The notes beneath the pieces are model-generated. The model saw nothing but the letters and a program-made list of their open reading frames with translations, did no database searches and was not told the origin of the DNA. The position numbers and the translations under genes are program-made. A stretch of DNA of 51,107 nt from Candidatus Omnitrophota bacterium (lineage in GTDB: Bacteria > Omnitrophota > Gorgyraeia > Pluralincolimonadales > Pluralincolimonadaceae). The DNA is taken from the NCBI GenBank assembly GCA_003141835.1, contig PLNR01000005.1, forward strand, positions 1 through 51,107, written 5' to 3'. Position 1 is the first letter of the stretch, and each line of letters starts with the position of its first letter. Below, piece by piece: positions 16,979 to 27,709 of the stretch.

Positions 16979-19387
16979 ATGGACTTCAAGATAACCGAAG
17001 ATAATTTCAAATTAAGCGGACAGGACATTTACGTATTCTCCGGGGAGGTCCATTACTTCAGGATAAGGCCGGAGAACTGGGCCACCCACCTAAAGAAGGC
17101 CAAGGCCGCAAACCTTAATACGGTAAGCACCTACATACCCTGGGACTGGCACGAATACGAAGAGGGGAAGTTCGATTTCTCGGGCCATACGAACCCGCAG
17201 AGGAACCTCCTCGGTTTCATAGAGTTATGCAAGAAGAATGGCTTGTACCTGATAGTCAAGCCGGGCCCTTATATCCTCGCCGAATACCTCGACCACGGCA
17301 TACCGCAGTGGCTGCTCTCATCGCACCCCGAGATACTCTCGCTCAACAGGGACGGCAAGCCTTTCAGCCATGCCCGCGTGACGCTGATGCACCCGGTCTA
17401 TTTGAAGTACGCGAGGCTGTGGTATGACAAGGTCCTCGAGATAATAAAAAATAATTCGATAACAAAGACCGGCGGGATAATACTCTCGATGCAGCTGTGC
17501 AACGAGATAGGCGTCTTCGCCTGGCTCGACAAGGAAGCCGATTACAACCCGGCCGCGCTGGACTATTACAGGAAATTCCTCTCCGAAAAATACAAGAAGA
17601 TAAACCGCCTGAATGTCCTCTATAAGTCTAAATACAAGAGCTTCTCGTCCGTGGTCCCGCCGTCGGGAAGCACGTCGAGATTGACCGAGCTCGCATCTGA
17701 CCTGGATTGGCATCTCTTCTGGCGCCATTATTATGCCGCTTACATAGAACATCTGTTAAAGGAAGCGACGAAGAGCGGCGTCCGCCTGCCGTTCACGCAC
17801 AACCTCCCGGGATGGGTCTGGGGCAGGGCGGTAGAATACCCGCTGAATATCACCATGTACCAGGATGTGGCCAAGCTGTACCCGAAGGTTTTTCTCACGG
17901 TCGACCATATCCCGGAGAACGTCTCTTACAGGAATTTCCACGACGCGGCCATAATACAGCAGTTCACAAGGGCGATCCAGGGGAACAGGGGCCCGGTTTT
18001 CGTCGCCGAAATGCAGGCCGGGACGCGCGAGCATAACGTCGTCACTTATCCCGACGAGCTGGAACTTTTTTACAAGTCCTCCATGGCATACGGCGCGGCC
18101 GGGATGAACTTCTACATGTTCTCGCAGGGGAAGAACCCCAAAGGCAAGTCCGCGGTCGGCCCGACTTTCTACTGGCAGACGCCGCTCGATTACGACGGCA
18201 AGGAGACCGCGCTTTATCCCGTAGTAAGGCGCTTCGGGAAACTCGCCTCGACATTCGGCGCGCTTGTATCAAGGGCGAAGACCGACCCGAAAGTGGCGTT
18301 GCTCTTCTATAAGCCTTATTACTATACCGAACTTACCCATAATTACGACCTGGAGAAGATGGGCCTGAGTTATAGCCCGAAGACGTTAAGGGATAATATC
18401 TTTTACGAGGGCATGGCGAAGATCCTCAAGATGGTCAATTGCGATTACGATATCCTCGACATCGAACTTACCAAGCCGAAAGACCTGGCCAAATATAAAC
18501 AGGCGTGGGTCGTCTCGCTCGAATACATGGACGCGGAGCCGCAGAAACTGCTGGCGAACTATGTCGCCGGCGGCGGACACCTGGTCATCCTGCCGAGGGT
18601 CCCGAAGTACGACCTCTCGCTGAAGCCGTGCGAGGTGCTGGGGCAATTCCTGAAAGTCGGCGAGACAGAGGAAGTCTCTCCCCGCGGCCCCACGATAGAT
18701 TTTTTTGACGTCAAGGAGATGTCCGTCCTTAACCCGGTGCAGGTCTTCAAGGAGCCTAATGCTGAACCTATGGCGCTGCTTCCCGACGGCAGCACCTGCG
18801 GTTTCGTCAAGCATTTCGGCGGCGGCTGGGCGCTGGTTGTGGGGACGGCGTTCGGGCATTCGACCGAAGAGAACATAGACGCGTATTCGCGCATCCTGAA
18901 GATGGATGATATACGCGGCAGCGCGGTCCCGACGAACGAAAAGATGATCGTCCAGGAGTCTTTCGTAGAAGACCGGGCGTTCCTCTTCATCGCGAATTAT
19001 TACAGGACCACGGAATCCGGATACATAACTTTCACCGACCCGGTCTCGAAGAACGAGAGGAAGATGCCGCATAACATGCCGCTGGTGCTCGCGGGGCTGA
19101 CCGGCCTCATCATACCGGTGAATTTCCCGGTGCATGGCAGCGCCGCGAAGATAATCTTCTCGACGTCGCAGATATTGAGCGCTTTCGAGAAGGGCGATTC
19201 CGTATTCGTGGAATTACACGGCCAGCCCGGATCGGAAGGCGAATTGACCGTCGCCATCAAGAAAAAGCCCAAGCAGGTATACGCCGACGGCAGGAAATTG
19301 GAATTTTCCTACAGGTCGGGCGAGGCGATAATACCCTTCAGGCACAGCGACGAAGGCCCTGTCCTAATGAAGATCAATTTAATCTAA
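16979..19387 (+). CDS. Glycoside hydrolase family 35 protein (beta-galactosidase-like fold)
   Basis: SGEVHYFR, NTVSTYIPWDWHE, KPGPYILAE, QLCNEIG (acid/base), FVAEMQAG (nucleophile), NFYMF. Confidence 0.88.
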   Translation: MDFKITEDNFKLSGQDIYVFSGEVHYFRIRPENWATHLKKAKAANLNTVSTYIPWDWHEYEEGKFDFSGHTNPQRNLLGFIELCKKNGLYLIVKPGPYILAEYLDHGIPQWLLSSHPEILSLNRDGKPFSHARVTLMHPVYLKYARLWYDKVLEIIKNNSITKTGGIILSMQLCNEIGVFAWLDKEADYNPAALDYYRKFLSEKYKKINRLNVLYKSKYKSFSSVVPPSGSTSRLTELASDLDWHLFWRHYYAAYIEHLLKEATKSGVRLPFTHNLPGWVWGRAVEYPLNITMYQDVAKLYPKVFLTVDHIPENVSYRNFHDAAIIQQFTRAIQGNRGPVFVAEMQAGTREHNVVTYPDELELFYKSSMAYGAAGMNFYMFSQGKNPKGKSAVGPTFYWQTPLDYDGKETALYPVVRRFGKLASTFGALVSRAKTDPKVALLFYKPYYYTELTHNYDLEKMGLSYSPKTLRDNIFYEGMAKILKMVNCDYDILDIELTKPKDLAKYKQAWVVSLEYMDAEPQKLLANYVAGGGHLVILPRVPKYDLSLKPCEVLGQFLKVGETEEVSPRGPTIDFFDVKEMSVLNPVQVFKEPNAEPMALLPDGSTCGFVKHFGGGWALVVGTAFGHSTEENIDAYSRILKMDDIRGSAVPTNEKMIVQESFVEDRAFLFIANYYRTTESGYITFTDPVSKNERKMPHNMPLVLAGLTGLIIPVNFPVHGSAAKIIFSTSQILSAFEKGDSVFVELHGQPGSEGELTVAIKKKPKQVYADGRKLEFSYRSGEAIIPFRHSDEGPVLMKINLI

Positions 19388-19392
19388 AGGAG

Positions 19393-21333
19393 ATGCAGGC
19401 GGTGAGGACCCTACCGATATTTCTTGTCTTGTCTTTTGCCTTTCTTTTCTCGCTCCCCTGTAACGCCCAGGAAGATATCCTTGTAAAGATACCCCCCCGT
19501 TCCGATATTAAAGTCGTAGCCGATTTCGACAGCGGCAAAGACCCGAACAGCATCGGCGGATACCCGTCGATGGATTTCAAAAAACCCGCTTTCCTCCAAT
19601 CCGCATACAGCAAAAAAGAAAAACACGGCGCCGCCGGTTATTCGCTTGAACTTGGATTTTATGTGCCAAAGGGCGAGGATGCTGTATGGTCGACCGGCCT
19701 CAACGAACTCGATATCAGCGCGGCAAAGGGCATATCGTTCTGGATAAAAGGCACCGAGGGTTCCGAAAAGTTCTGGATGGCGCTGGAAGATAAGGCCGGC
19801 AAGAAAGACGAAGTCAACCTGGCCGGTTACATCAAGCCGACGACCGATTGGCAGGAGATAAAAGTCCCGATAGAAAAATTCCCGTCGATCGACACGAACA
19901 GCATGGCAAAATTCAGCCTTGACTTCAAGGGCGACCCCAGTGTGATCAGCGGTAAGATATACCTGGACGATATCGCCTTCTACGGCGACCCGGAGCTATT
20001 CTTCCTGGGGTTAAAAGATAATATCGCCTATTACCCGGCAAACATCCTCGCGGACGCGCGCAAGAAGGAGCTGCTCACCAGTTCGGACAGCCAGATGCTT
20101 ATGGGGATAGCGCAGGATACATGGGGTTTCTTCAAGAACGTGGTGGACAAGAGGAGCCACCTGCCGCTCGACTGGATAGAGATGGCGCCGGAGAGGGCGA
20201 TGGGCGATTACACCTCTCCCACTAATACAGGGCTCTATTTCATAAATATAACGGCGGCTTGCGACCTTAAATTAATAACGAGGGAAGAGGCTGTCCAAAG
20301 GATATCTGACACGCTTGATGTGATGGAGAAGATGCCGCGATGGCGCGGGCTGTGGGATAATTACCATTCCACTACTAACCTGCAGGTCACGCGCCGCTAT
20401 ATCTCATCGGTCGATAACGGATGGCTTGCCGGCGGCCTTATCATAGCCAGGCAGGCTTTCGACAAGGAACTGGGCAAGCGCTGCTCGAAATTCCTGGATG
20501 AGATGGACTTCTCGGCCCTTTATAACAAGGAGCTCGGCCAGCTCAACCTCGGCTACGACAGGGAGACCGAAAAATATTCGCCTTATAATTATGGCCAGTT
20601 GAACGGCGAGGCGCGGTTCACCAGCCTCGTTGCGATAGGGAAAGGCAACGTCCCGCAGGAGCACTGGTACAAGATGGCGAGGACCTTCCCGCCTGAGATA
20701 GACTGGCAGGCGCAGAAGCCGGAGGGCAAATGGGTCAAGAAGTCAGGGGTCAAATATTTCCAGGGTTATTATACCTATAAAGGCGAAAAGATCGTCCCGA
20801 GCTGGGGCGGGAGCCTATTCGAGTTCCTGATGCCCTCGCTTATGGTTAAAGAGAAAGAGCTTGCGCCGAAAGGGCTGGGTTTGAACGACCTGAAAGGCGC
20901 CAACGCCCATATCGGGATGGCTAAAGATAAAGGATATAATGCCTGGGGGTTCTCGCCGTGCTCGACGCCTGACGGAAGCTACGGCGGGTATACCGAATTC
21001 GGCGTCGGAGGGATAGGATTTAAAGGATATAAGGACGAGGGCGTGGTCACGCCGCACGTGGTTTTCCTCTCCCTTACTTTTGTGCCGGATGAAGCGATCT
21101 CGAATATCAGGAGACTCCTTTATTATTACAATATATACGGCGAGTTCGGGATGTATGATGCCGTGAACGTGAAGAGCGGGAAGGTCTCTTACAGGTATCT
21201 TGCGCTCGACCAGGGCATGATACTCCCCTCCATAGATAACTACCTGAATAACGGCGCGATAAGGGAGCGTTTCCACAAGGACCCGGTAGCCAAGAGGACG
21301 GAAAAGCTCTTAAACGAGGATTTTTTCGAATAG
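19393..21333 (+). CDS. Secreted CBM11-like + glucoamylase-like (GH144/DUF3131-type) protein, probable beta-1,2-glucan-active enzyme
   Basis: YTSPTNTG, ISSVDNGWL, EARFTS, SWGGSLFEFLMP, WGFS, VVTPH, YGEFGMYDAVN, YLALDQGM motifs, as in the cyclic beta-1,2-glucan synthase middle domain and GH144 relatives. Confidence 0.78.
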   Translation: MQAVRTLPIFLVLSFAFLFSLPCNAQEDILVKIPPRSDIKVVADFDSGKDPNSIGGYPSMDFKKPAFLQSAYSKKEKHGAAGYSLELGFYVPKGEDAVWSTGLNELDISAAKGISFWIKGTEGSEKFWMALEDKAGKKDEVNLAGYIKPTTDWQEIKVPIEKFPSIDTNSMAKFSLDFKGDPSVISGKIYLDDIAFYGDPELFFLGLKDNIAYYPANILADARKKELLTSSDSQMLMGIAQDTWGFFKNVVDKRSHLPLDWIEMAPERAMGDYTSPTNTGLYFINITAACDLKLITREEAVQRISDTLDVMEKMPRWRGLWDNYHSTTNLQVTRRYISSVDNGWLAGGLIIARQAFDKELGKRCSKFLDEMDFSALYNKELGQLNLGYDRETEKYSPYNYGQLNGEARFTSLVAIGKGNVPQEHWYKMARTFPPEIDWQAQKPEGKWVKKSGVKYFQGYYTYKGEKIVPSWGGSLFEFLMPSLMVKEKELAPKGLGLNDLKGANAHIGMAKDKGYNAWGFSPCSTPDGSYGGYTEFGVGGIGFKGYKDEGVVTPHVVFLSLTFVPDEAISNIRRLLYYYNIYGEFGMYDAVNVKSGKVSYRYLALDQGMILPSIDNYLNNGAIRERFHKDPVAKRTEKLLNEDFFE

Positions 21334-21346
21334 AGAGGGTTTAGCC

Positions 21347-22582
21347 ATGAGGACCACCAAGGCAAACAGCGTATTGGCGACCGACAGGATCCTGTCCGAT
21401 AAACAGAGGAAGAACCTCTCCATCCTTGAGCTTGTCGTAAAGCACGGCCCCATATCGAGGACCGAGATCTCGCGCCAGACCGGCCTCAATATCGTCACTA
21501 TCTCCAATTACATAAATGAGTTCATAGAGGCCGACCTCGCCGTAGAGAAAGGTTTCGACGTTTCCACCGGCGGCAGGCGCCCGACGCTCGTGGAGCTCAA
21601 CCCTAAATTCGGTTATATAATCGGCGTCGGCCTGACCGCCCTGAATATCGTGGGGATCCTTGTCGACCCCAAGATGCAGGTCGTCTGCGAGGTCAAGAAG
21701 GAGCGGCCCGCCGATAACAGCGAGGTGATAATCGGCAAGCTCGTCGAGACGGTCGAGGAGGTCCTCGCCAGATCGAAGATCGAGCCTGAGAAGATAAAAG
21801 GCTTAGGGATAGGCATACCCGGCGTCATAGACGTCGAGGGGCAGACGATAAGATGGCTCGGAGCGATGGGCCTTTCGATGGTATCCATATCCGGCGTGTC
21901 CCTTAAGGACATATTCGAGAAGGAATTTGACATACCCACACTGGTCGAGCATGACGCGGCGTGCGCCGTCTTCGGCGAGCGCTGGTTCGGTTTTGAGTCG
22001 GGGATAAAGGATATGATCTATATGTACACCGGCGTCGGCTGCGGGCTGATAATAAACGGCCAGATATACAGGGGATCGAACGGATCGGCCGGGGAAGTGG
22101 GTATCTTCAATACCGCCGTGCCTGACCCCGAGGCGAGAAGGCGCGAATCCCTCACCCTTGGCACATGGGAGCTCGACCTCGGTATCGGGTATTACGCAAG
22201 GGAAGAGATGAAAAAAGGGACGAAGTCGAGGATATTCGAATTGGCAGGGAACGATCAGGGCAAGATAAATCTTAATTTGGTGATAGAGGCGTCCAAGGCC
22301 GGGGATAAACTCGCCAGCGAGCTGCTCGAGAATGCCGGCAACCAGCTGGGGAAGAAGGTGGCGTTCCTCGTCAACCTCCTCAATCCCGAGGTTGTGGTGA
22401 TCGGAGGGGGGGTCGAGCAGGCCGGCTCGATATTCATGGATTCGGCGAAGAGGACAGTCCATTCCTGGGCGCGCGAAGAGAATATAAGGAATTTAAAGAT
22501 AGTTCCTGCCAGGCTGGGGGAAAATGCCGTCGCGATGGGCGCGGCCTGCCTCGTCTTGCAGAGGATATTCACGAATGCCTAA
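21347..22582 (+). CDS. ROK-family transcriptional regulator (NagC/XylR-like)
   Basis: N-terminal HTH (ISRTEISRQTGL, STGGRRP) and ROK motifs (GIGIPG, GVGCGLIING..G..GSAGEVG). Confidence 0.93.
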   Translation: MRTTKANSVLATDRILSDKQRKNLSILELVVKHGPISRTEISRQTGLNIVTISNYINEFIEADLAVEKGFDVSTGGRRPTLVELNPKFGYIIGVGLTALNIVGILVDPKMQVVCEVKKERPADNSEVIIGKLVETVEEVLARSKIEPEKIKGLGIGIPGVIDVEGQTIRWLGAMGLSMVSISGVSLKDIFEKEFDIPTLVEHDAACAVFGERWFGFESGIKDMIYMYTGVGCGLIINGQIYRGSNGSAGEVGIFNTAVPDPEARRRESLTLGTWELDLGIGYYAREEMKKGTKSRIFELAGNDQGKINLNLVIEASKAGDKLASELLENAGNQLGKKVAFLVNLLNPEVVVIGGGVEQAGSIFMDSAKRTVHSWAREENIRNLKIVPARLGENAVAMGAACLVLQRIFTNA

Positions 22583-22620
22583 AAAACGCAAGCATCAGGC
22601 AAAACGCAGGAGGCACTGGG

Positions 22621-23922
22621 ATGAAGGGATTTAACAGGTTGTTGGCGTTTTTTGTCGTAATGGTTTTCGCGTTGCAGATCACGGGTTGCGGCGGGACCGG
22701 CGAAGGGGCCGGTAAACCCAGGAAGGTGCCGATAAAAGTCGCTTTCTGGGGCAGCCCGGAAGAGATAGAGATACTCAACGCGACGATAAAGGACTGGCAG
22801 AAGACACGCCCGGATATCGAGGTAAAGGTCGAGCATATACCGTTCGGGAGCTATGTCAGCAAGATACTTACCGAGATCGCCGGAAGGTCGGCGCCGGATA
22901 TCATCGCCTCAGAAGTCAATATGTTCGCATCTTTCGCGGATAAGGACGTCTTCGTCGATCTCAAGCCTTTCATAGATAAGGACAAATCGTTCAATTTCGG
23001 GGATTTCTTCCCGGAGGTCGTGGACAGGTATACGGTCAACGGAAAGATCCTCGGCATCCCCCGTGATACTGCGCCGATGGCGTGCATATATTATAACAAG
23101 AGACTTTTCGACGAAGCGGGCGTGCCCTATCCCACCGATGACTGGGATTGGAGCGGCCTTCTTGACAAGGCGCAGAAACTTACCAAGGTCGATAAAGAGG
23201 GCAAGGTGATCCAGTACGGCTTCTACAGCGACATGTGGCCTAACTTTGTCCTTTCCGCGGGCGGTAAGATCGTCAACGACGTAAAGCACCCCACGAAATG
23301 CCTCCTGAATTCCCCGGAATCAATAGAGGGCTTGCAGTTTTTGGTCGATCTCTCGCTTAAATATAAGGTATCGCCCACTTCAAATACGTTCCGCAACCTC
23401 GGCCTCGGCGTCATCCAGATGTTCATGATGCAGAGGGTGGCGATGTTCCATTCGGGCATATGGGAGACTCCTGTAGTCGGGAAGACGAAGGATTTTAGTT
23501 GGGATGTCGCGATGTTCCCGAAGGGCCCGACCGGCATAAGGAGATTCGCGACCGGCGGGACCGCGTACAGCATATTGAACACCACGAAACATCCCGAGCA
23601 GGCCTGGGAGGTGTTGAAGGCGTTAAGCGGCGACGAAGGCCAGATAATACTTGCCGAGTCCGGGCTCGCGCAGCCGGCGAACAAGAAGATCGCGGAAAGC
23701 GAACATTTCGCCGGGAGCAACAAGCCGCCGCTCAACAAGAAGATGCTGAACGAGGCGGTAAAATACTGCGTCTACGACCCCTTCAACTCCAAGTGGCGCG
23801 AGATACGCGACCTGTACATAAACCCGGAATTCGACCTGATGTTCAACGGGCTTAAACCGGTGAAGGAATCGGTCGACGCGATAGTGCCGAAAGCCAATGA
23901 ACTGTTAAAGGAAGGAAAGTAG
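22621..23922 (+). CDS. Sugar ABC transporter substrate-binding lipoprotein
   Basis: Lipobox ITGC; APDII, IYYNKRLFDEAG, WDVAMFP. Confidence 0.92.
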   Translation: MKGFNRLLAFFVVMVFALQITGCGGTGEGAGKPRKVPIKVAFWGSPEEIEILNATIKDWQKTRPDIEVKVEHIPFGSYVSKILTEIAGRSAPDIIASEVNMFASFADKDVFVDLKPFIDKDKSFNFGDFFPEVVDRYTVNGKILGIPRDTAPMACIYYNKRLFDEAGVPYPTDDWDWSGLLDKAQKLTKVDKEGKVIQYGFYSDMWPNFVLSAGGKIVNDVKHPTKCLLNSPESIEGLQFLVDLSLKYKVSPTSNTFRNLGLGVIQMFMMQRVAMFHSGIWETPVVGKTKDFSWDVAMFPKGPTGIRRFATGGTAYSILNTTKHPEQAWEVLKALSGDEGQIILAESGLAQPANKKIAESEHFAGSNKPPLNKKMLNEAVKYCVYDPFNSKWREIRDLYINPEFDLMFNGLKPVKESVDAIVPKANELLKEGK

Positions 23923-23931
23923 AGCGAGAAA

Positions 23932-26301
23932 ATGAAATTCCAGACTGACTACGGTTATTTCACCGATGACGGCAAGGAATATGTGATAACCCGGCCCGAT
24001 ACCCCGCGGCCGTGGGCAAACGTGATCTCCAACGGTTCGTATTCGCTCGTGATATCCCAGACCGGTTCGGGTTTCTCGTGGTGGGAGAACTCTAACCTCG
24101 CCAGGCTTACCAGGTGGGAACAGGACCTGGTCAAGGACGAGTGGGGCAAATACCTTTATATAAAGGACAGGGATAGCGGTGATTTCTGGTCCCTGGGATG
24201 GAAACCCGTATGCCGCGATTTCGACAGCTATGAATGCCGCCACGGAATGGGCTATACCGTCCTGTCTAACAAATACATGGGCATAGCCTCCTCCATGACC
24301 GTTTTTGTCCCGCGCGAAGAGCCGGTCGAGATATGGAAGGTCACTTTAAAGAACGAATCAGGCACCGTAAGGCCGCTGTCGCTTTTTTCGTATTTTGAAT
24401 GGCTTCTCGGCAACAAGGACGACTCCCACAGGGAGTTCCACAAGACCTTTATCGGCACGTCATACGAAAAAGGGGTACACGCGCTTTACGGCGAGAAGAG
24501 GAAAGAGCTGAGGCTCCCCGGTTCGATAATGGGCGAGTACCCGTGTACCGCGTTCTTCGCCTCGTCGGTCGAGCCGGAGTTCTACGAAGGCGAGAAGGAA
24601 AATTTTATCGGGATGTACCGCTCGCTCGCTGATCCGCTCGCGGTCGAGAAGGGCTCTCTCACGAATACCACCGGCAGGTGGAACGACTCGATAGCCAGCC
24701 TCCACGTCAACGTCGACCTGAACCCGGGCGAGAGCAAGGAGATCATATTTATCCTGGGCTTAAGCCAGGGCAAGGCAAAGGACGCGAAGATAATAAAGAA
24801 ATATTTCGACGTCAATAACGCGAACGCCGCGCTTACCGAGGTCAAGAAATACTGGGGAAAGATGCTCTCCGGCCTTACGGTAAATACGCCGGACGACGCG
24901 CTTAACCTTATGACGAACACCTGGCTCAAATACCAGGCGATATCAGGCAGGATCTGGGCCCGCGCCGCCTATTACCAGTCGAGCGGCGCGTACGGTTTCA
25001 GGGACCAGCTCCAGGACAGCCAGATATTCCTTCCTTTGGATACGTCGCTCACCAGGAAACAGATACTTTTGCATGCGGCGCACCAGTTCAAGGACGGCAC
25101 AGTCTATCACTGGTGGCATACGCTCGCCGAATGGGGCCCGAGGACGAAGAAGGTGGACGACCTGCTCTGGCTCGTATTCGTTACGTTGAGTTATATAGAA
25201 GAGACCGCTGATTACGGCATACTGAGGCAGAAAGTCAAATTCGTGGACGGCGGAAGCGCCACGCTCCTCGACCATTGCGAACGCTCGATAAAGAAGGTGC
25301 TGTCGAGGTTCTCGAAACGCGGGTTGCCGCTGATAGGCGAGGGCGACTGGAACGACGGCATGAACTTCGTAGGCGTGAAGTTCAAGGGCGAGTCGGTCTG
25401 GATGGCGCATTTCTTCGCCGACATATTGAAGAGGTGGTCTGAGGAGGTCCTCTCCAGCAAAAAAGTTGGCAGGAAAGCCGACGCGAAAAAATATATCAGG
25501 AAGTTCGAAGACCTCAAGAAGGCGATCAATAAGTACGCATGGGACGGCGAATGGTACTGGCGCGCGACCTGCGACGACGGTTCCCTTGTGGGAAGCTCCA
25601 AATGCAGAGAGGGCAAGATATTCCTTAACGCGCAGATCTGGGCCGTCATCGCCGGGACAGGCACCGAAGAGCGCATAAAGAAGGCCCTGGCTTCCTGCTC
25701 GAAATATATTTACAGGGACTACGGCGCAATATTGCTTTATCCCGCGTTCTCCGAGCCTAACGAGAAGATAGGTTATATCAGCCGCTACGCGGCCGGCGTA
25801 AGGGAGAACGGAGGGGTCTATACCCACGCCGCGACCTGGGCTGTCATCGCAGAATGCATGAGAAAGGACGCGGATACCGCCTTTGACCTTTACAGCAAGA
25901 TATGCCCTCCGAACAGGAGTAAAGATATAGACCATTACAAGGCCGAGCCTTATGTCACCCCGGGCAACACCGACGGCCCGGATTCCGTGAATTACGGCAG
26001 GGGGAGCTGGACCTGGTATACGGGTTCGGCGGCCTGGCTTTGCAGGGTTGCGACAAACTGGATCCTCGGCGTCAGGCCGGTCCCTGAGGGGCTCCTCATA
26101 GACCCGTGCATCCCCAAGGAATGGAACGGGTTCGAGATGACGCGCAAGTTCAGGGGAGCCACCTACAAAATAATCATTTCAAACGCTTCACACGTCTCGC
26201 ACGGCATAAAAGAGATAAAGCTGGACGGCAAAAAGCTGGACGGCAATATCGTGCCGCCGCTCAGGGACAAGAAGATCCACCTGGTGGAAGCGTCTCTTTA
26301 A
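23932..26301 (+). CDS. GH94 glycoside phosphorylase
   Basis: TPRPWANVI, GAYGFRDQLQD, GDWNDG (catalytic Asp), RENGGVYTHA, WYTGSAAW. Confidence 0.93.
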   Translation: MKFQTDYGYFTDDGKEYVITRPDTPRPWANVISNGSYSLVISQTGSGFSWWENSNLARLTRWEQDLVKDEWGKYLYIKDRDSGDFWSLGWKPVCRDFDSYECRHGMGYTVLSNKYMGIASSMTVFVPREEPVEIWKVTLKNESGTVRPLSLFSYFEWLLGNKDDSHREFHKTFIGTSYEKGVHALYGEKRKELRLPGSIMGEYPCTAFFASSVEPEFYEGEKENFIGMYRSLADPLAVEKGSLTNTTGRWNDSIASLHVNVDLNPGESKEIIFILGLSQGKAKDAKIIKKYFDVNNANAALTEVKKYWGKMLSGLTVNTPDDALNLMTNTWLKYQAISGRIWARAAYYQSSGAYGFRDQLQDSQIFLPLDTSLTRKQILLHAAHQFKDGTVYHWWHTLAEWGPRTKKVDDLLWLVFVTLSYIEETADYGILRQKVKFVDGGSATLLDHCERSIKKVLSRFSKRGLPLIGEGDWNDGMNFVGVKFKGESVWMAHFFADILKRWSEEVLSSKKVGRKADAKKYIRKFEDLKKAINKYAWDGEWYWRATCDDGSLVGSSKCREGKIFLNAQIWAVIAGTGTEERIKKALASCSKYIYRDYGAILLYPAFSEPNEKIGYISRYAAGVRENGGVYTHAATWAVIAECMRKDADTAFDLYSKICPPNRSKDIDHYKAEPYVTPGNTDGPDSVNYGRGSWTWYTGSAAWLCRVATNWILGVRPVPEGLLIDPCIPKEWNGFEMTRKFRGATYKIIISNASHVSHGIKEIKLDGKKLDGNIVPPLRDKKIHLVEASL

Positions 26302-26308
26302 GAGAGAG

Positions 26309-27709
26309 TTGATGAAAAAACTCGTCGTTTTGATATTCGCCGCGATTTTAGCCTTCCAATCGGCCGGTTGCGCCAACAAAGGGGAAAATCTCGATACGGT
26401 AAAGGTGGTTTACTGGGAAAAGTGGACCGGCTTCGAGGCCGACGCCATGCAGGCGGTCATAGACCTTTTTAATTCCAGGAAATTCACCAATAAGGACGGC
26501 AAGGTCATACATGTCGAGATGAGCGTGGTGAGCGAACTCGACAGGCGGCTGCTTACGGCGGCCGCCGGAGGGAACCCGCCTGATGTAGCCGGCGTCTGGA
26601 CATGGCTTGTCACCGCATACGCGGAAAAAGGGGCGCTTACCTGCATCGATGATTACCTCCGCGAAGCGAACATCACCGAAGACAGCTATCTGCCCGTCTT
26701 CTGGGAGATATGCAGGTACAAGGGAAAGATGTGGGGCCTCCCGTCCACGCCCGGGTCCGCAGCGCTGCACTGGAACAAAAGGCTCTTCAGGGAAGCCGGC
26801 CTCGACCCGAATACCCCTCCGAGGACTATCCAGGAGCTCGACATAATGGCGGAAAAACTGACCCTCGTCAAATTGCCGGGCCAGGATAGCCCCATATCGT
26901 TTTACGAATTGAAAAGCAGGACGAATTATAAGGACCAACTTGCCCAGGGCAGGATAATACAGATGGGCTTCCTCCCGTCCGAGCCCGGATGGTGGCCGTG
27001 GTCGTGGGGCTATTGGTTCGGCGGGAAATTATGGGACGGGAAGGGGACGGTAACGACCGATGAGCCGGGGAACATAAAGGCTTACGAATGGGTCAGGTCC
27101 TATTCGGAAAAATTCGGCGTTGATAACATAAAAAAATTTTCGAGCAGCTTCGGCGTCTTCTCCTCGCCGCAAAACGCCTTCCTCTCCTCAAAAGTGGCCA
27201 TGATCGTGCAGGGCGTATGGATGTATAATTTCATAGACAAGTATGCCGCGGGAATGGATTGGGCCGCGGCCCCGTTCCCGTCGGATGAGGGCAGGTTAAA
27301 GGACGTAGCTTACGTCGAAGCGGACGTCCTCGTCATGCCGAGGGGCGCGAAACACCCGGCCGAGGCGTTCAAGTTCATAAGTTTCGTCAATACCCAGGAA
27401 GCAATGGAGCTGTTGTGCGAAGGGCAGGTGAAGTTTACTCCGCTTAAAAATGTAAGCGAAGGTTTTTATGCCAGGAACAAGAATCCGTATATCCGCGTAT
27501 TCAGGTCGCTGGCCGAGAGCCCGAACGCCTTTATTACGCCAAAGATGATAATATGGCAGGAGTACCAGCGCGAGATGAGTTTCGCCTACGAATTAGTACG
27601 GGATCTGAAGGCCGCGCCTAAAGATGCGTTGGCTGAGGTAAAAAAAGTGATGCAAAGAAGGCTGGAGAGGGAACTAAAGATGGCGGAGAGGGCCGAGGGA
27701 AAGAAATGA
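26309..27709 (+). CDS. Sugar ABC transporter substrate-binding lipoprotein, second
   Basis: Lipobox SAGC; GNPPDV, LHWNKRLFREAG, KVAMIVQGVW. True start may be ATG 26312. Confidence 0.9.
   Translation: MMKKLVVLIFAAILAFQSAGCANKGENLDTVKVVYWEKWTGFEADAMQAVIDLFNSRKFTNKDGKVIHVEMSVVSELDRRLLTAAAGGNPPDVAGVWTWLVTAYAEKGALTCIDDYLREANITEDSYLPVFWEICRYKGKMWGLPSTPGSAALHWNKRLFREAGLDPNTPPRTIQELDIMAEKLTLVKLPGQDSPISFYELKSRTNYKDQLAQGRIIQMGFLPSEPGWWPWSWGYWFGGKLWDGKGTVTTDEPGNIKAYEWVRSYSEKFGVDNIKKFSSSFGVFSSPQNAFLSSKVAMIVQGVWMYNFIDKYAAGMDWAAAPFPSDEGRLKDVAYVEADVLVMPRGAKHPAEAFKFISFVNTQEAMELLCEGQVKFTPLKNVSEGFYARNKNPYIRVFRSLAESPNAFITPKMIIWQEYQREMSFAYELVRDLKAAPKDALAEVKKVMQRRLERELKMAERAEGKK

Noticed and set aside
24943-25935. 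Long antisense ORFs (330 aa here; also 18386-19135, 21803-22462, 34927-35670, 39868-40620)
   Set aside because: They are shadows of well-supported genes on the opposite strand with biased codon usage and have no recognisable motifs.
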